The notes beneath the pieces are model-generated. The model did not search any database and had not been told where the DNA came from. It was given only the letters and a program-made list of their open reading frames with translations. A stretch of 63,974 nt of DNA, filler included, from NCBI GenBank assembly GCA_964501035.1. It is 5 parts of 5 records of this genome, joined end to end, with 100 filler letters (N's around TTAATTAATTAA, not from the genome) between each part and the next. Parts side by side here need not be neighbours in the genome. Positions count along the whole stretch, not along the records: positions 1 to 15,689 come from CAZCRK010000037.1; positions 15,790 to 31,278 come from CAZCRK010000039.1; 3 more parts are not named here. The stretch is one strand, 5' to 3'. Shown here one piece after another: positions 8,119 through 17,243 of the stretch. Every line of letters starts with the position of its first letter. The stretch's first letter is position 1. Both the position numbers and the translations under genes were made by a program.

Positions 8119-11100
8119 ATGAGACAATATTTTTATCTAATTTTCACCGTTTGGGTGGCAAATCTATGTGCCAGCACTTTTTCTGTTGATCAGATGTTTA
8201 TTCCCAAAATTAATACAAATGATATAAACAAAAATGGACACATTGATTTCATATCTCTTGATGGGGAGCTGGTTCATTGGTCAGTAAGCTTGCAAGAAAT
8301 ATCTGCCAATAGTAATGTAAACACGTTATGGTCATACTCTTTGAAAGAAAGTGGCGATGAAATAGTTGATGTAGATTGGGGCGATTTTGATGGTGATGGC
8401 ATAAAAGAATTATTGATTTTTGTAAATTCAACCACAAATCAAACTCTCCAAATATTTTCACAAACTGATGGTCTTTTTTCCAAAACTCCAACCCATGTTT
8501 CATCAGTTCCCATAAAAAATAATTTAGGTTTATTCCCCAAAGAATGTCAATTAATTCATTGGGATTCAGATTCTGATGTAGAGTTTGCACTTAATTTCAG
8601 TAGTCCATCACGCATGGTTGTCATAGGTGATTTTGAAAATGGCAAATTTGTATCTCTTGCAAAACCTGCAGAGCAATTTATTCGCTCAACTTTTAATCCA
8701 ATCTCGCTTTCAACCCTACCAATTGATGGGAAAGAAAACCAAGCATTAGTAATTGCTAATATGGGAGAAAAAACAACAGGTATGTTGACTTCCTTAGGCT
8801 CGGATGAGAATGTAAATCCAAAAGTTTTACCACTCATAACCCGTAAATTGTTACCAAATGGGTATGTTTTGTTAGATGGTCAACAATTATATTCTATGAT
8901 TTATCAGAAAAACATTCTTTCTGCAAATCAAAATCATACTGGAATTGATATAGCAATTATTGATGGAGTCAATATTCAATTTGGGTATCATCCAAACGGG
9001 GATATTTCTCGATATATTGATCGTGCAAGTTCAGCAGACAAACTCAGTCCAGAATTTGTCGCAAATGAATTCCAAAACGTGTACCATTTACTCTTTGAAA
9101 AACAGCAGAAAATAGTATTAATTCATGGTGGCGATTCTCCAGAACTTGCGGTTTTGGATATTGGACTGTCTGTAGATCCTACATTGCAAAATACAAGCTC
9201 AACCGTTGCTGAGTTTGTGGTTTCTTTAAATCAACCTTTCCAACATCAATTGGATATTGAAACTGAAAACCTAACTAGTTTTGATAGTCAAAATCTTCCA
9301 ACCGGGTCAACCATTGATGAAACAACGTTTACCTACAGTTGGACGCCCAATTTAAATGCGCTAGGTTATCATACAATCTATTTTGATTCAAAATATAGAA
9401 TACTACAAAACTTAGTCAAAACATCGGATGATAATTCTATCAACTTTACACGCCAAGATTCAACATTTGTAATTTCTGATAGTATTTCTATATATGTAAA
9501 TGACCCTCCACAAATATTAAATTCTGAAACTGAATATTTGATAATCAGTGGGGATACTTTGCAAATTCCAATACGAGTTTTGGATAGAAATATTGATGCA
9601 GTGCATTCATTTTCGATTAACACTAATACATCACAGTTTAGTATTGAAAATGATACGGTTTTCCAGTGGATACCGGACTTGGAACATGGAAAATCTACTT
9701 TTGAAATAGACGTAAAGGATGGTTACAGCACTGATAGTTATAATTTTGAAGTAACTGTACATCCGCAAATCCATATTGCTGAAACGCCTGCCAATTTAAT
9801 GGGAGAAGTGAATAAGGAGTTTTATTATAAACCAGACGTTTCTCAGTTGGGTTCTGCCAATACCATTTTGTTTGAACTACTTTATGCTCCAGAAAATATG
9901 GAAATTAATGAAAACGGGGAAATACGGTGGATACCTCTAATTACTCAAGTTGATACTCATAATTTTACTTTGGTTGCCAGTGATAGCATCACGTCGACTG
10001 CAGTTGATATTGCTGTATTTGTTAACTCACCACCAATCATTGCCAAACGACCTTCTCAATTAACCATAATCAGAGATGGAGAATTATTCAACACCACGTT
10101 TTCCAGTTTTGACTCAAATGCTCTCCCAAGTTTGAAATGGAACTTACTATCTTCACCCGATGGAATGATTCTAAATGCTGATGGTAGTTTACAATGGACT
10201 CCAACTAAAATAGGATTATTTACATTTACAGTTGAACTATCGGATGGGATTACAAATACTGATTTTACCGGGTCAATTTATGTGAACGCATTGCCTGAAA
10301 TTACCAGCCAGCCTCCAAATTTTATCAATATAGGCGATACACTTCTCTACACTGTAACTTTTGAAGATAACAACATTCACTCCATCAATAATATGGCTTT
10401 AGAACATAGGGTTACACTAACTCAGGGACCAAGTAATGCAAAGTTATTGGATAACCATGAGCTTGTTTGGATTCCACAAGAATCCCAGTTTGGAGTACAG
10501 TCATTTGAGATATCCATTTTTGATGGAGCAGAAACAATCACTCATTTGTTTGATGTGTTTGTAAATGAAATTCCCACAATAATTTCTAAAAATTCTATCC
10601 AAGTCAAATCAAGTGAAGACTTACAACACCAACTACAGGTTGTTGATACAAATAATGATGCTATTTCATATCACATTCAAAGATTGAACGCGGATACAAC
10701 TAACACTCATTCTGGCGTGTACCTTGATTCTACTACAGGTCTTTTGTCATGGAAAACAAGCAAAGCAGATTTAGGCGTGCATCGGTTTGAAGTTCAAGCA
10801 AGTGATGGACATCCAAATAGTTTTGACACTCAACAATTATCTGTTTTGGTGTATGAACCACCGACCATCACCAATGCAATGCCCCCAGAAGCATTCGTTG
10901 GAATGGATTATTTGTTCACACCCCAAGCGGAAAATATGTATGGAAAAAAAGAGATGTTAGAAGATATTTTCTTAACTATCACATCGAGTACTTCACATAA
11001 TATTATGTTTTTAGATACAGCTGGTGTTCTTCTTTGGACACCAACTCAAGAGGATGTGGGATTACATACAGTTAAACTAACAGTATCAGACCAATTTGGT

Positions 11101-11202
11101 ATTTCATCTGATTATCAATACAATATTCACGTATTTGAAAACCCATGTGACCCATGTGATAATGAGATCGAAATTATCCCTCCTGAAAAAGAAGAACGCT
11201 GA
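8119..11202 (+). CDS. Large secreted protein with FG-GAP-like N-terminus and tandem putative-Ig (He_PIG/cadherin-like) repeats
   Basis: Signal peptide from ATG 8119; DINKNG and GDFDGDG Ca-binding motifs; repeated units with WTP/WIP, ASDG/VSD and VNxxP. Confidence 0.8.
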   Translation: MRQYFYLIFTVWVANLCASTFSVDQMFIPKINTNDINKNGHIDFISLDGELVHWSVSLQEISANSNVNTLWSYSLKESGDEIVDVDWGDFDGDGIKELLIFVNSTTNQTLQIFSQTDGLFSKTPTHVSSVPIKNNLGLFPKECQLIHWDSDSDVEFALNFSSPSRMVVIGDFENGKFVSLAKPAEQFIRSTFNPISLSTLPIDGKENQALVIANMGEKTTGMLTSLGSDENVNPKVLPLITRKLLPNGYVLLDGQQLYSMIYQKNILSANQNHTGIDIAIIDGVNIQFGYHPNGDISRYIDRASSADKLSPEFVANEFQNVYHLLFEKQQKIVLIHGGDSPELAVLDIGLSVDPTLQNTSSTVAEFVVSLNQPFQHQLDIETENLTSFDSQNLPTGSTIDETTFTYSWTPNLNALGYHTIYFDSKYRILQNLVKTSDDNSINFTRQDSTFVISDSISIYVNDPPQILNSETEYLIISGDTLQIPIRVLDRNIDAVHSFSINTNTSQFSIENDTVFQWIPDLEHGKSTFEIDVKDGYSTDSYNFEVTVHPQIHIAETPANLMGEVNKEFYYKPDVSQLGSANTILFELLYAPENMEINENGEIRWIPLITQVDTHNFTLVASDSITSTAVDIAVFVNSPPIIAKRPSQLTIIRDGELFNTTFSSFDSNALPSLKWNLLSSPDGMILNADGSLQWTPTKIGLFTFTVELSDGITNTDFTGSIYVNALPEITSQPPNFINIGDTLLYTVTFEDNNIHSINNMALEHRVTLTQGPSNAKLLDNHELVWIPQESQFGVQSFEISIFDGAETITHLFDVFVNEIPTIISKNSIQVKSSEDLQHQLQVVDTNNDAISYHIQRLNADTTNTHSGVYLDSTTGLLSWKTSKADLGVHRFEVQASDGHPNSFDTQQLSVLVYEPPTITNAMPPEAFVGMDYLFTPQAENMYGKKEMLEDIFLTITSSTSHNIMFLDTAGVLLWTPTQEDVGLHTVKLTVSDQFGISSDYQYNIHVFENPCDPCDNEIEIIPPEKEER

Positions 11203-12434
11203 AAAAAGTAATTGTAATTGGAGGCGGGGCTGCAGGATTAATGGCAGCTGGAACATCTGCGTCAACAGGATCAGACGTTTATGTGTTTGAAAAAAAACCG
11301 CGTATTGGGCTAAAACTCCGAATTACAGGCAAGGGACGATGTAATATTACGAACTCCATGCCCCTTCAAGAATTTATTCAACAAATCCATCCAGATGGCC
11401 GGTTTCTACGACAAGCATTTCATCAATATTTTCGAGATGATACACTCGATTATTTCCATTCGTACGGTGTTCAAACAACGGTTGAAAGGGGTGGACGAAT
11501 TTTTCCAAGCAGCAATAATGCCAACGATGTAGTAAATGCACTTAAAAAATTTGCGACTGAAAATGGAGCAAGAATTCGTACAAACTTTCAAGTATCCAAT
11601 CTAATTTTAGAAAATAAGCAAATTACCGGTGTAAAGCTGAAGGATGGGACCAATCATCAAGCAGATTCTGTAATTATTGCAACAGGGGGTGCATCGTATA
11701 TTTCTACCGGCTCAACAGGTGATGGATTCAATCTCGCAATGCAAGTAGGCCATACTATAACAGAAATTCATCCTGCACTTATTCCACTTGAAACGGCAGG
11801 TGATACTGCAAAGCAACTCCAAGGTCTCAGTTTGAGAAATGTACATGTTTCGTATTGGATTGATGGCAAGAAATGTATTGAAGATTTTGGAGAAATGCTG
11901 TTTACACATTTTGGAGTTTCGGGGCCAATTATATTACGCACAAGTCGAGATATTGTTATTGCGTTGCATACTCAAAAATCCGTCCAAATGAAAATAGATT
12001 TAAAACCAGCATTGGACCACAAAAAATTAGATAATAAATTAATTCGAGATTTTCAAGAACATTATAAACTAAAATTCAAAAACTATCTCAAATATCTCTT
12101 ACCACAAAAAATGATTTCCGTATTTCTTAATACCTTACAATTTGATTCTGAATTAACTTGTAATCATATTTCTGCAAAACAACGAAAGGCATTACGGATG
12201 CTTTTAAAAGAATTCACACTAAAGATAACAGGAAATAGACCTCTTGCAGCTGCCATAGTTACAGCGGGTGGTGTTTCAACAAAAGAAATTAATCCCAAAA
12301 CGATGGAATCAAAACTTATTGAGGGCTTATACTTTGCAGGAGAAGTAATTGATGTGGATGCAGATACGGGTGGATTTAACTTACAAGCTGCTTTCTCTAC
12401 GGGACATGTTGCAGGGGAAAATGCCGGGAGTTAA
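11199..12434 (+). CDS. NAD(P)/FAD-dependent oxidoreductase, HI0933/YhiN/BaiN family
   Basis: ITGKGRCNITN, GRIFP, ATGGAS, GEMLFTHFGVSGP, TGGFNLQ. The Rossmann motif VIVIGGGAAGLMAA lies upstream of the tracked ATG, so the start is probably CTG 11199. Confidence 0.9.
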   Translation: MKKVIVIGGGAAGLMAAGTSASTGSDVYVFEKKPRIGLKLRITGKGRCNITNSMPLQEFIQQIHPDGRFLRQAFHQYFRDDTLDYFHSYGVQTTVERGGRIFPSSNNANDVVNALKKFATENGARIRTNFQVSNLILENKQITGVKLKDGTNHQADSVIIATGGASYISTGSTGDGFNLAMQVGHTITEIHPALIPLETAGDTAKQLQGLSLRNVHVSYWIDGKKCIEDFGEMLFTHFGVSGPIILRTSRDIVIALHTQKSVQMKIDLKPALDHKKLDNKLIRDFQEHYKLKFKNYLKYLLPQKMISVFLNTLQFDSELTCNHISAKQRKALRMLLKEFTLKITGNRPLAAAIVTAGGVSTKEINPKTMESKLIEGLYFAGEVIDVDADTGGFNLQAAFSTGHVAGENAGS

Positions 12435-12785
12435 TTACAATTTAATTCCAAATTGATTTAATATAATTCCAAGTAAAAAATAACTACATAACGTAGCAAT
12501 TATGGACACCCCTAAAGAAAAGTAAAAATCTACTCCTCGTTTTAATAGTAACGGAAACACTACAAAAAATACAATCGATGGAAAAACAAACCAAAAAATA
12601 TGATTCGCGACATCAATAATTTTGGATATATTTTTTGTGTCGATATACAACCAAATCAATGCCAAAACAGATAGCAATGGAATTGATGCAAGCAATGCAC
12701 CCCAAAATGAACTTCGTTTAGAAATTTCTGATATTAGGACAACTAAAGTGGATGTAATTAGAATTTTTGCAAGATATACCAACAC
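12435..12785 (-). CDS. DUF3147-family membrane protein
   Basis: ISEISKRSSFWGALLASIPLLSVLALIWLY motif; four hydrophobic segments. Confidence 0.8.
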   Translation of the reverse strand: MLVYLAKILITSTLVVLISEISKRSSFWGALLASIPLLSVLALIWLYIDTKNISKIIDVANHIFWFVFPSIVFFVVFPLLLKRGVDFYFSLGVSIIATLCSYFLLGIILNQFGIKL

Positions 12786-15670
12786 TATAACATTTCTCGT
12801 AAAAATTGCCCCGTAAACGATTTTTTGATTTGACTAACCTGCTCAGGGGTACCCTCTGCAATAATTTTACCACCACCATTTCCACCCTCCGGACCCAAAT
12901 CAATAATCCAATCTGAAGATTTGATAACATCAAGGTTATGTTCAATCACAACAACCGTATTGCCTTTTTCGACCAACCCCTGTAGCACATCTAATAACAT
13001 TTTAACATCTTCAAAGTGTAAGCCCGTGGTAGGTTCATCTAAAATATACATGGTTCTACCTGTACCAACTCTCGATAACTCAGAGGCAAGTTTAACCCGT
13101 TGTGATTCACCTCCAGAAAGCGTGGTTGCTTGTTGTCCGAGTTTAATATAGCCCAAACCAACATCAAAAAGGGTTTTCAACTTTCGAGCTGTAGAATGAT
13201 GATGTTTGAAAAATTCCATTGCTTCTTCAATGGTCATGTCCAAAATTTGATAAATATTTTTTCCTCGATAGGTAACTTCTAAGGTTTCGCGATTATAACG
13301 CATACCTTTACAATCTTCGCATTGTACATACATATCTGCTAAAAAATGCATTTCTATTTTTATGAGTCCCACACCTTGGCATGCTTCACACCGACCTCCC
13401 TTTACATTGAAGGAGAATCTACCGGGTTTGTATCCTCGGATTTGTGCTTCGGGTAATTGACTAAACAATTCACGAATATGTGTGAATAATCCCGTATATG
13501 TTGCGGGGTTTGAGCGTGGTGTCCTGCCAATAGGAGATTGATCAATATCCACTACTTTATCTAAGCACAATAACCCATCAACCGAATCAAATGGAAGTGA
13601 TTTTTTCTGGCTTGCATAAAATTCACGAGCGAGAATTGGATAGAGTGTTTGATTGATAAGAGAAGACTTTCCAGAGCCAGAAACCCCAGTTACACATACA
13701 AATTTGCCCAATGGAATTGTAGCAGATACTCTTTTTAAATTATTTCCCCGAGCATTATTTATTACCACCGATTTTCCATTTCCTGCTCTTCTTTTATGTG
13801 TGACAGTAATTTCGGATTTTCCGGATAAGTACTGTCCAGTAATAGATGCGGAACAGCTTTCAATTTTTTCAGGTTGTCCAGAGTATATAATTTCACCCCC
13901 ATGGATACCTGCTTTGGGTCCCATATCTACCACCCAATCTGCAGAACGAATGGTTTCTTCATCGTGTTCTACTACAATAATAGTATTTCCTAAATCCCGA
14001 AGGTGTTCAAGAGTTTGAATAAGTCTCCTATTATCTCGTTGATGCAAACCAATGGAGGGTTCATCCAAAATATACAAAACACCCATGAGTTGAGATCCAA
14101 TTTGAGTTGCTAGACGGATTCGTTGTGCTTCCCCACCTGAAAGTGTACCTGCTGACCGACTCAAGGTAAGGTAGCTCAATCCTACATTCACCAAAAATCC
14201 CAAACGTGATTTTATCTCTTTAGTAATTTGTTCTGCTATTTCTTCATCACGTTTTGAAAGAGATAGATTTTGGAAAAAATCGTACAAAGAACCAATTGTT
14301 TCTTCCGTAAGTGAATAAATATTTTGTTTATCAACGTGCACAGCTAGAATAGATTGTTTGAGTCGTGCACCTTTGCAGGTAGTGCATTTTTGAATCGTCA
14401 TATATTTTTCTATCCATTCGCGCATATGTCCCGATTTTGTTTGCTCATACCTGCGTTGTAGATTCCGTATGACCCCTTCAAAACTGCCCTTATATTCACC
14501 TTTAAATTTTTCCGATTGATATTCCATGGTAATATCTTCATTGGGCTTTGTCCCATGTAAAAGTACATGTTGAACTTCACTGCCCAAATCCATCCATGGA
14601 GTTGTAAACGCAAAATTATAATGTTTGGCTAAACTTTTTAAAATGGCACTATACCAATTACCACGAGGTTGTTCACCAATGGGTTCTATTGCACCTTGCA
14701 CTAAACTTTTTCGTTTATCCGGCACAACCAACTCAGCATCAATGGACATTTGTGTTCCTAGTCCACCGCAATCTTGACATGCTCCAAATGGGGAATTAAA
14801 CGAAAACAAACGGGGCTGTAATTCTTCAAATGAAATATCACATTTTGGGCATGAATAATGTTCGCTGTATAGATGTTCCTCAGCATCAATGACATCAATA
14901 ATGACCAAACCATTTCCTACTTTTAAAGCCAATTCCACCGATGCTGTGAGTCGTTCTTGCATACTTTTTTTAGCAACCAATCTGTCAATCAGCACATCAA
15001 TGCTATGCTTTTTGGTTTTCTTTAAGGTAATGGAATCACTCAGATTTTGTGTTTCACCATTGATGCGTACACGAACAAATCCTTCCCGAGCAATGGATGC
15101 AAGAACGTCCTTAAATGTTCCTTTTTTTTGCCGTACTACCGGGGCAAGCACTTGGAATTTTACGCCATCTTCCATGGTCATTATTTTATCGACGATTTGT
15201 TGGACAGTTTGTTTTTTAACTTCACCCTTACACTTATGACACTTCTGTTTACCAATACGTGCATATAACAGTCGTAGATAATCATAAATTTCTGTAATTG
15301 TACCAACGGTTGAACGGGGATTTCGGCTGGTTGATTTCTGCTCTATGGATATGGCTGGAGACAATCCTTCAATATTGTCCACATCCGGTTTTTCCATTAT
15401 ACCCAAAAATTGACGAGCATAGGCAGATAGGGATTCCACATATCGTCGTTGACCCTCGGCATATATGGTGTCAAATGCAAGTGACGATTTACCCGAACCA
15501 GACAGACCAGTAATCACCACCATTTGATTGCGAGGAATTTCTAAATCAATATTTTTTAAGTTATGCTCTCGAGCACCCTTTACAACCAACTTGGCTTGGC
15601 TTGCTGATAATGTCGTAATTTTGCGTTTCATAAGTAACCCAAAAAGTACAGACTTTTTGAATGCATGCAA
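12785..15670 (-). CDS. uvrA: Excinuclease ABC subunit A
   Basis: GAREHNLKN; two Walker A motifs (GLSGSGKSS, GVSGSGKSS); zinc fingers; LSGGE signatures. Start may be ATG 15631. Confidence 0.98.
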   Translation of the reverse strand: MHAFKKSVLFGLLMKRKITTLSASQAKLVVKGAREHNLKNIDLEIPRNQMVVITGLSGSGKSSLAFDTIYAEGQRRYVESLSAYARQFLGIMEKPDVDNIEGLSPAISIEQKSTSRNPRSTVGTITEIYDYLRLLYARIGKQKCHKCKGEVKKQTVQQIVDKIMTMEDGVKFQVLAPVVRQKKGTFKDVLASIAREGFVRVRINGETQNLSDSITLKKTKKHSIDVLIDRLVAKKSMQERLTASVELALKVGNGLVIIDVIDAEEHLYSEHYSCPKCDISFEELQPRLFSFNSPFGACQDCGGLGTQMSIDAELVVPDKRKSLVQGAIEPIGEQPRGNWYSAILKSLAKHYNFAFTTPWMDLGSEVQHVLLHGTKPNEDITMEYQSEKFKGEYKGSFEGVIRNLQRRYEQTKSGHMREWIEKYMTIQKCTTCKGARLKQSILAVHVDKQNIYSLTEETIGSLYDFFQNLSLSKRDEEIAEQITKEIKSRLGFLVNVGLSYLTLSRSAGTLSGGEAQRIRLATQIGSQLMGVLYILDEPSIGLHQRDNRRLIQTLEHLRDLGNTIIVVEHDEETIRSADWVVDMGPKAGIHGGEIIYSGQPEKIESCSASITGQYLSGKSEITVTHKRRAGNGKSVVINNARGNNLKRVSATIPLGKFVCVTGVSGSGKSSLINQTLYPILAREFYASQKKSLPFDSVDGLLCLDKVVDIDQSPIGRTPRSNPATYTGLFTHIRELFSQLPEAQIRGYKPGRFSFNVKGGRCEACQGVGLIKIEMHFLADMYVQCEDCKGMRYNRETLEVTYRGKNIYQILDMTIEEAMEFFKHHHSTARKLKTLFDVGLGYIKLGQQATTLSGGESQRVKLASELSRVGTGRTMYILDEPTTGLHFEDVKMLLDVLQGLVEKGNTVVVIEHNLDVIKSSDWIIDLGPEGGNGGGKIIAEGTPEQVSQIKKSFTGQFLREML

Positions 15671-15689
15671 AGCATTATTTGTGAAATTT

Positions 15690-15789
15690 NNNNNNNNNNN
15701 NNNNNNNNNNNNNNNNNNNNNNNNNNNNNNNNNTTAATTAATTAANNNNNNNNNNNNNNNNNNNNNNNNNNNNNNNNNNNNNNNNNNNN
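15690..15789. other. Artificial contig linker
   Basis: 44 N + TTAATTAATTAA (stops in all six frames) + 44 N. Confidence 0.97.
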
Positions 15790-15896
15790 AAATTAATGGA
15801 TGTTATGATAATGTAGTAGGATTTCCGTTATCAAAATTCTTTGACACATTAACACAACTTGATATTCAAAAAAATTTTATAAAACAAACTAATTAG
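15790..15896 (+). CDS. maf: Maf-family nucleotide pyrophosphatase, C-terminal fragment
   Basis: Manual translation INGCYDNVVGFPLSKFFDTL...* matches the Maf C-terminal IxGxxxNVVGLP motif. Confidence 0.75.
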
Positions 15897-15899
15897 TTT

Positions 15900-15992
15900 T
15901 TAATCATCAAATTCTTCTAATTGTTTTTCAATTTCCAATAATTCTTCATCGCTTGGTTCAAATAATTCATATTTTTCATCATCATGCAACAT
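15900..15992 (-). CDS. 30-aa highly acidic microprotein
   Basis: GGAG RBS 6 nt before ATG; MLHDDEKYELFEPSDEELLEIEKQLEEFDD*. Confidence 0.55.
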   Translation of the reverse strand: MLHDDEKYELFEPSDEELLEIEKQLEEFDD

Positions 15993-16189
15993 GTTAATCT
16001 CCAATAATTAATCTTAAGGATTTTATTGCCTATTTAATAATGAATTTGTGATGCAAGTAGTATTTTTTCAAATCAAAAATTAAATGTGATTTGGCTTACA
16101 AAATTGAAAATTATAACAATCAAGATAAATCAATTTTCAATAGATAAATTCTTGTTATCAATTGCAAGAAATAGCTAATTTGACCCCTT

Positions 16190-17077
16190 ATGAATTCTAC
16201 AGAAACATTCTTCAATGCATTAAAAGCTCACCGAGAAAGCAAGGATATCAAAATTGAAGATATATCCGAAGCAACACGCATAAACCCAAAATATTTTGAG
16301 GCAATAGAGACTGGCGATTTTACAGTGCTTCCAGCTGTATACATGCGATTGTTTTTACGGTCTTATGCCAACCATATCGGAGCAGATTCTGAAAAGGCAC
16401 TTGAAGATTACGAATTACACACAACTGGACAAGTAATCCAAAAAACGGATGAACCACGCCCATCAGTTTTAAAGGATGATGAAGAAACTGAGGAAATTGA
16501 GTTTAGTCCTGATTTTCAAATAACTCCACAAAAAATAGCAACCGCTGTTGGGGCAATCTTACTCATATTTTTATTTTTTAAACTCGTTGGATCATTAACA
16601 TCTGAACAAGAATTAGATACAAAAGCTGTTCAGCCTGTTGAGGTTGTTGAACAGGAAAATGTTGATGACTCAACGTTAAATGATGTTGAACCTGAAGTTC
16701 AGTATTCAACAATTCCCAATAATAACCTACTTAATGAATCTAACTTTCTTGAAAGCAACTTAGTACATTCAAGGGATGATGTTTATAATTTTAATCCACC
16801 TTTTGAAGTTGAAATTCAAACGCTTACACAAACAAAAATTAATCTAAGCCATGGGGATATAGATAATCTAAAATCTTTGTTTAATGGAATTGTTCAAGCA
16901 GATACTACATTGTCATTTCAATTTGATTCTGTACTTTATTTTGACTTGTGGAGTGGACAACATATTAATTTACTAATTAATGAAAATCAGATTGAGAATT
17001 TAACAGATGATACAACTGTTCGTGGATCTTATGATTCTAAAAATTCACAGATGTCTTTAAAGTTTTATAAACATTAA
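16190..17077 (+). CDS. RodZ-like helix-turn-helix membrane protein
   Basis: LKAHRE...ISEATRINPKYFEAIETGDF...YMRLFLRSYA HTH_25 pattern; one TM helix; periplasmic C-terminus. Confidence 0.8.
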   Translation: MNSTETFFNALKAHRESKDIKIEDISEATRINPKYFEAIETGDFTVLPAVYMRLFLRSYANHIGADSEKALEDYELHTTGQVIQKTDEPRPSVLKDDEETEEIEFSPDFQITPQKIATAVGAILLIFLFFKLVGSLTSEQELDTKAVQPVEVVEQENVDDSTLNDVEPEVQYSTIPNNNLLNESNFLESNLVHSRDDVYNFNPPFEVEIQTLTQTKINLSHGDIDNLKSLFNGIVQADTTLSFQFDSVLYFDLWSGQHINLLINENQIENLTDDTTVRGSYDSKNSQMSLKFYKH

Positions 17078-17124
17078 TTTTAGTTTAAATTGTTAACATA
17101 TTAACTGTTAACGATTGACATTTT

Positions 17125-17241
17125 TTACAATATTATTGAAGGAATTCGGTGTAAATCCGAAGCTGACGCGCAACTGTAAAACTACTTTTGGTAGTTGAGC
17201 CAGATACTTCACATTTTCAACACCTTCGCGATTATGAGGTT
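17125..17241 (+). ncRNA. Cobalamin riboswitch (compact class II / AdoCbl-variant-like)
   Basis: Core GGAATTCGGTGTAAATCCGAAGCTGACGCGCAACTGTAA, short P6 extension AACTAC-TTTTG-GTAGTT, B12-box GAGCCAGATAC, and a P13-like hairpin CCTT-CGCGATTAT-GAGG containing the RBS, upstream of a TonB receptor. Boundaries approximate. Confidence 0.9.
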
Positions 17242-17243
17242 CG

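Noticed and set aside
11141..11159. Short tandem repeat ACCCATGTG x2
   Set aside because: Only two copies, encoding PCDPCD; too short to indicate a contingency locus.
15734..15745. Repeated palindrome TTAATTAATTAA (four copies) as a biological repeat or CRISPR-like element
   Set aside because: Always centred in 44+44 N; it is a six-frame-stop linker added during contig concatenation.
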